A DNA stretch of 62,962 bases, filler included, from Octopus bimaculoides (lineage: Eukaryota), in the NCBI RefSeq assembly GCF_001194135.2. It is 5 parts of 4 records of this genome, joined end to end, with 100 filler letters (N's around TTAATTAATTAA, not from the genome) between each part and the next. Parts side by side here need not be neighbours in the genome. Positions count along the whole stretch, not along the records: positions 60,473 to 62,962 come from NC_068982.1; 4 more parts are not named here. One strand, 5' to 3'. The position numbers and the translations under genes are program-made. Position 1 is the stretch's first letter. Each line of letters starts with the position of its first letter. A model generated the notes under the pieces. That model worked only from the letters and a program-made list of their open reading frames with translations. It was not told where the DNA came from and searched no databases. Below are positions 61,414 to 62,962 of this stretch, piece by piece.

Positions 61414-61800
61414 GCAGACATAGCTATATGGTTAAGTATTGGGTTGGTGCATAATTATTGCGGCTTTTTTTCAAGAAAGTTTATTCAACAAAAACAATAA
61501 CAATATCTAACAACAACATCTTTAAATGACGGTCCGACCGTCTGCCAAGCAAATAGGAAGCAGTAATTGAAGTAGATGGTGAATATGTTCCGGAATAATC
61601 AATTAAAGATGTTTTTGTTACATGTTATTGTTTTTGTTGAATGAAATTTGTTGAAAAAAAGCCTCAATAATTATGCACCAACCCAATAGTTCGTTTCGTA
61701 ACCACACTGTTTCGTGTTAGACTTCACTCAATGCCAACAGTCTTACGTCGTGGCCATAGTCATCAACAATGGCTACAGCGTAACCAATCTTTTTTGAGTG
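61414..61800 (+). mobile_element. Old SINE family B head split by the mariner MITE
   Basis: catagctatatggttaag-TA[MITE]TA-gttcgtttcgtaaccacac. Confidence 0.6.
61439..61686 (+). mobile_element. Mariner MITE
   Basis: TIR TTGGGTTGGTGCATAATTATTG(C/A)GGCTTTTTT, TA at both flanks. Internal DRLPSK*EAVIEVDGEYVPE* is a transposase C-terminus. Confidence 0.92.
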
Positions 61801-61918
61801 GAATTTGTGAGAGGGGAAACAGCCAGCAATTGTATGTACAAAGGCACGTGCATGCCAGTATAAGTGGTTAGAAGTGTGTTCCTACGTCATTTAAATGTGG
61901 AAGAAATAAGTAACTTAC

Positions 61919-62036
61919 ATCTTTGCAGATTATAAGTTGGTGACAGCTGGCCAATGGTAGCAGTTGGCGCAAGGTGGCAACTTCTATTCAGTCGCTCCGC
62001 TAATCTGTATCGTTTCTGTCCATAATAAACTTGTGC
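61919..62036 (-). CDS. Candidate internal exon of an unidentified gene
   Basis: Minus-strand acceptor ttgttctattgtcaacatag, donor GAT|gtaagt. 118 nt, only one frame open: AQVYYGQKRYRLAERLNRSCHLAPTATIGQLSPTYNLQR. Confidence 0.5.
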
Positions 62037-62962
62037 CTATGTTGACAATAGAACAAAACAATTGCACATTTAATTTTTAAAATTCAGACAAATTAGCGTA
62101 ACAGTGTGACAAGACATAAGTCTACACGAAGATATGATGTTGGCTTAGCTTGCTGAAACGTCGAAGTTACTGCCAATACCATTCTTGTTGCAGAATAATA
62201 AATTTGCATTCTACAGAAGTATGGAGTAACCCTTCAGGTTAACGTAAAATTGATTTTATTGTATCTAAATTTTGTACGACTCTTACTCTATCTTTAATCC
62301 CCCTCATACTTTCTTCCTCTTTTCTTTTTCTCGCTCCCCCTCTCTTTCTCACATTTCTTGGCCCTCTCTTTCTTTAACTTCTATTTTCCCCCTCGTTTAT
62401 CTCCCCTGTACCTTTCCCTTTGTCTCTGATTTTTTTAATCCTTCAATACCGCTGTCCCCTACCCCTCTCTCCTCCTTCTACGTGACCGGTGTCCGGCCAG
62501 TCATGATCTTTCTTTCTTGGCCTGACTGCCGACCACCAACAACTCTTATGTCCATCTCTTATGTTCCTGCCTTTAGGCTTTCGCTTCATACACGCCAACT
62601 CAATTTGATTCGTTCTCAGTCGAAAGGCACCTGTTGTTATATTCTTGCTGTTTGTATTTGCAATTGTGTACCATGTTCTCCGTTTTTTGTCTTTGATGCC
62701 GTACTCATTCGCTAGCTTTCTTACAAAAGAGTCTAATGCTCTTAGCTTAGACTTTTTTGGGGGAAACCAGATCGAACTATCTCAAGTGTAACTGCCCGAA
62801 ACCGTAAAAATTTCTGGGATACTTGACTGAGGAAAGAAGGCCACAAATGACCCGCTTTTTTTTTGCCTGTCCTTCTAATTGTTGTTTCTCCTGTCCGCCT
62901 TTGTATCGTCTGTCTGTCCGCATGTTTTATTGTACTCTATCACGTGTCTGTTCCATTTTAAT

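Noticed and set aside
62120-62170. gaaacgtcg PLE/hammerhead-like motif (similar weak cases at 37850-37880, 20255-20295, 31285-31335)
   Set aside because: Core 5' strand and helix I are not recoverable.
1-62962. Most ORF-track entries (poly-YI/CV/HT, poly-K/E/L/F, X-filled ORFs)
   Set aside because: Translations of microsatellites or N gaps.
1-62962. CRISPR arrays, rRNA, bacterial operons or defence systems
   Set aside because: No repeat-spacer arrays or prokaryotic genes; sequence is eukaryotic.

Overview
Repeat-rich eukaryotic genomic DNA from a draft assembly. The SINE families and microsatellite load point to an octopus, probably Octopus bimaculoides (inference, not verified). About 9.6 kb (~15%) is N. 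Four artificial 44N-TTAATTAATTAA-44N linkers split the window into at least five separately assembled pieces. The ORF track is almost entirely microsatellite or gap noise. One real host gene is recoverable by splice-site reading: three phase-compatible + strand exons (19299-19462, 21397-21557, 22524-22576) encoding the C-terminal 125 aa of an uncharacterised Cys/Trp-rich domain, plus a possible 5-nt microexon. A few isolated candidate exons lie in other pieces. The rest is tRNA-derived SINEs (at least 4 modular families), LINE remnants (R4/Dong, Tx1/L1, RTE-like with C2H2 fingers, Penelope GIY-YIG) and DNA-transposon MITEs (mariner, Merlin-like, hAT end, long foldbacks). The most striking signal is a set of minimal type I hammerhead-ribozyme motifs in several Penelope-like or foldback repeats. 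Most have a palindromic helix III, and the 3:8 core pair covaries between families (C3:G8, U3:A8, G3:C8). Self-cleavage is untested.
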